This document shows, piece by piece, positions 62,771 to 64,000 of a stretch of 64,000 bases of DNA. Each line of letters begins with the position of its first letter. The stretch's first letter is position 1. The position numbers and the translations under genes were made by a program. The notes below the pieces were generated by a model. That model had not been told where the DNA came from. It worked only from the letters and a program-made list of their open reading frames with translations, and did no database searches. The stretch is from Mobula hypostoma (Eukaryota): contig NC_086105.1 in assembly GCF_963921235.1 (NCBI RefSeq), positions 135,532,001 through 135,596,000 on the forward strand. The letters run 5' to 3'.

Positions 62771-63430
62771 CCATAGAAACAGGAATGGGTTATTTAGGCT
62801 CTCAAGCCTATTTCTCCATTAAGTGGAATTACCACTGACTCATGAGCTAACTCCTTTACTTAATAACTCTTGATAATTAACATGCACCAAAATCTATCAA
62901 TACTGCATTTAAAATTACAAATTGACCCAGGAGCAGCTAGTATTTGTGGAGGAGGGTTTTATGCCTCTATACTATACAACATTCGAATGGCAGGGTAGTG
63001 TAGGTTCGCACAATGCAAAATAGTACCAGTGACCAGGGTTTTAATTCCTGTCGCTCCCTGTAAGGAGTTTGTACATTATCCCTGTGAGCGCGTGGGTTTC
63101 CTCTCCTAGTCCAAGACATACCAGTTGGTAGGTTAATTGGTCATTGTAAATTGCCTTGTGATAAGGCTATTATTAAATTGGGGGATTGCTGGCGGTGCGG
63201 CTCGAAGGGCTTATTTGTGCTTTATCTCAATAAACAAACAAATTCTTTGAGTAGTAAAGTGTATACTAACATTCACAAGAGCAGCCTCTAATTTTTAGAT
63301 GCTGTCTCAACTCCTTAGTGACTGGAGATAGTTTTTCCCTGTCGGCAGTGTCAATTGCCCTCTAATATCTTGAAAAACTCAGATAAAATTTTCTCATAAT
63401 CCTTAACTTCCAGGGAACACAATCATAGCT
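62771..63430 (-). mobile_element. Old CR1 3' end forming the NUBP2 3' UTR, interrupted by a V-SINE (about 62988-63242, +)
   Basis: catagaaacagga...aaaatctatcaat...ctctaatttttaga CR1-tail motifs; SINE gtgggtttcctc and an aataaac tail. Confidence 0.6.
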
Positions 63431-64000
63431 AAAATAAAGTAAGGGCAGAGGATTGTTCTTTGTATATTTGTATTGGACAGCAGAAATAGGAGATTGGGGA
63501 AAAGAAGCATTAAATATACCCATTCCTGAGATATGATAACAAGATGTCAATATTTATTCCAGAAATATGTTTTATAAATATGGAACAGTATTTGTGCTTA
63601 TTGAAATGTGTAAAAAAATAAATTCTTTGTACCCTGTTAATTTTGTGAATGTGCTTGAAGATCTGTAACCTGATGCCCTTTAGTAAAGAATATCTGTAAT
63701 GGCAGACATTGTGCTCTGGGTGCTATGTTAAGGAGCTATGTATAGCTGTGTTGCCTAAGAGTGCTTGATTCAGGAGATTATCTGCTTCAGCAGAACTAGC
63801 CTAATATTTTTTTAACAGCCAATTTACCCTGTAGGACATTAGTTCACACAGCAACTTGAGTTATTTCAATATAGTGAGTTTAAGGTATAAACTTGAGGAA
63901 TTAAAGACATACTCTAGTTGATTCCTAATCAATAAGTTTTCAAATCAAATCTAATGTTGCAATTAATATTTTCCATACTCAGATATTTTTCTGAATGAAG

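Overview
Vertebrate genomic DNA; the repeat content (V-SINE/HE1-like, CR1, Rex1/Babar, Penelope) suggests a cartilaginous fish, probably a ray (inference). It holds three intact spliced genes in the order seen at human 16p13.3. EME2 (+) has 8 coding exons, 2380-17522, about 452 aa, with an uncertain start next to a 133-N gap. SPSB3 (-) has 6 coding exons, 31971-23858, 355 aa. NUBP2 (+) has 7 exons, 42087-62770, 272 aa. SPSB3 and NUBP2 share a CpG-island bidirectional promoter; EME2 and SPSB3 converge tail-to-tail. Introns contain Penelope-like elements whose pseudo-LTRs carry minimal hammerhead-ribozyme motifs, including short palindromic insertions with 13-14 bp target-site duplications (TSDs). 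They also contain a 5'-intact, 3'-deleted L1 nested in a CR1, a Harbinger derivative, a mariner foldback MITE, Tc1-like MITEs, RTE- and Rex1-derived non-autonomous elements and many SINEs. The most interesting signal is the hammerhead-bearing palindromic Penelope mini-elements. All calls were made by eye, with no database searches; repeat boundaries are approximate unless a TSD is quoted.
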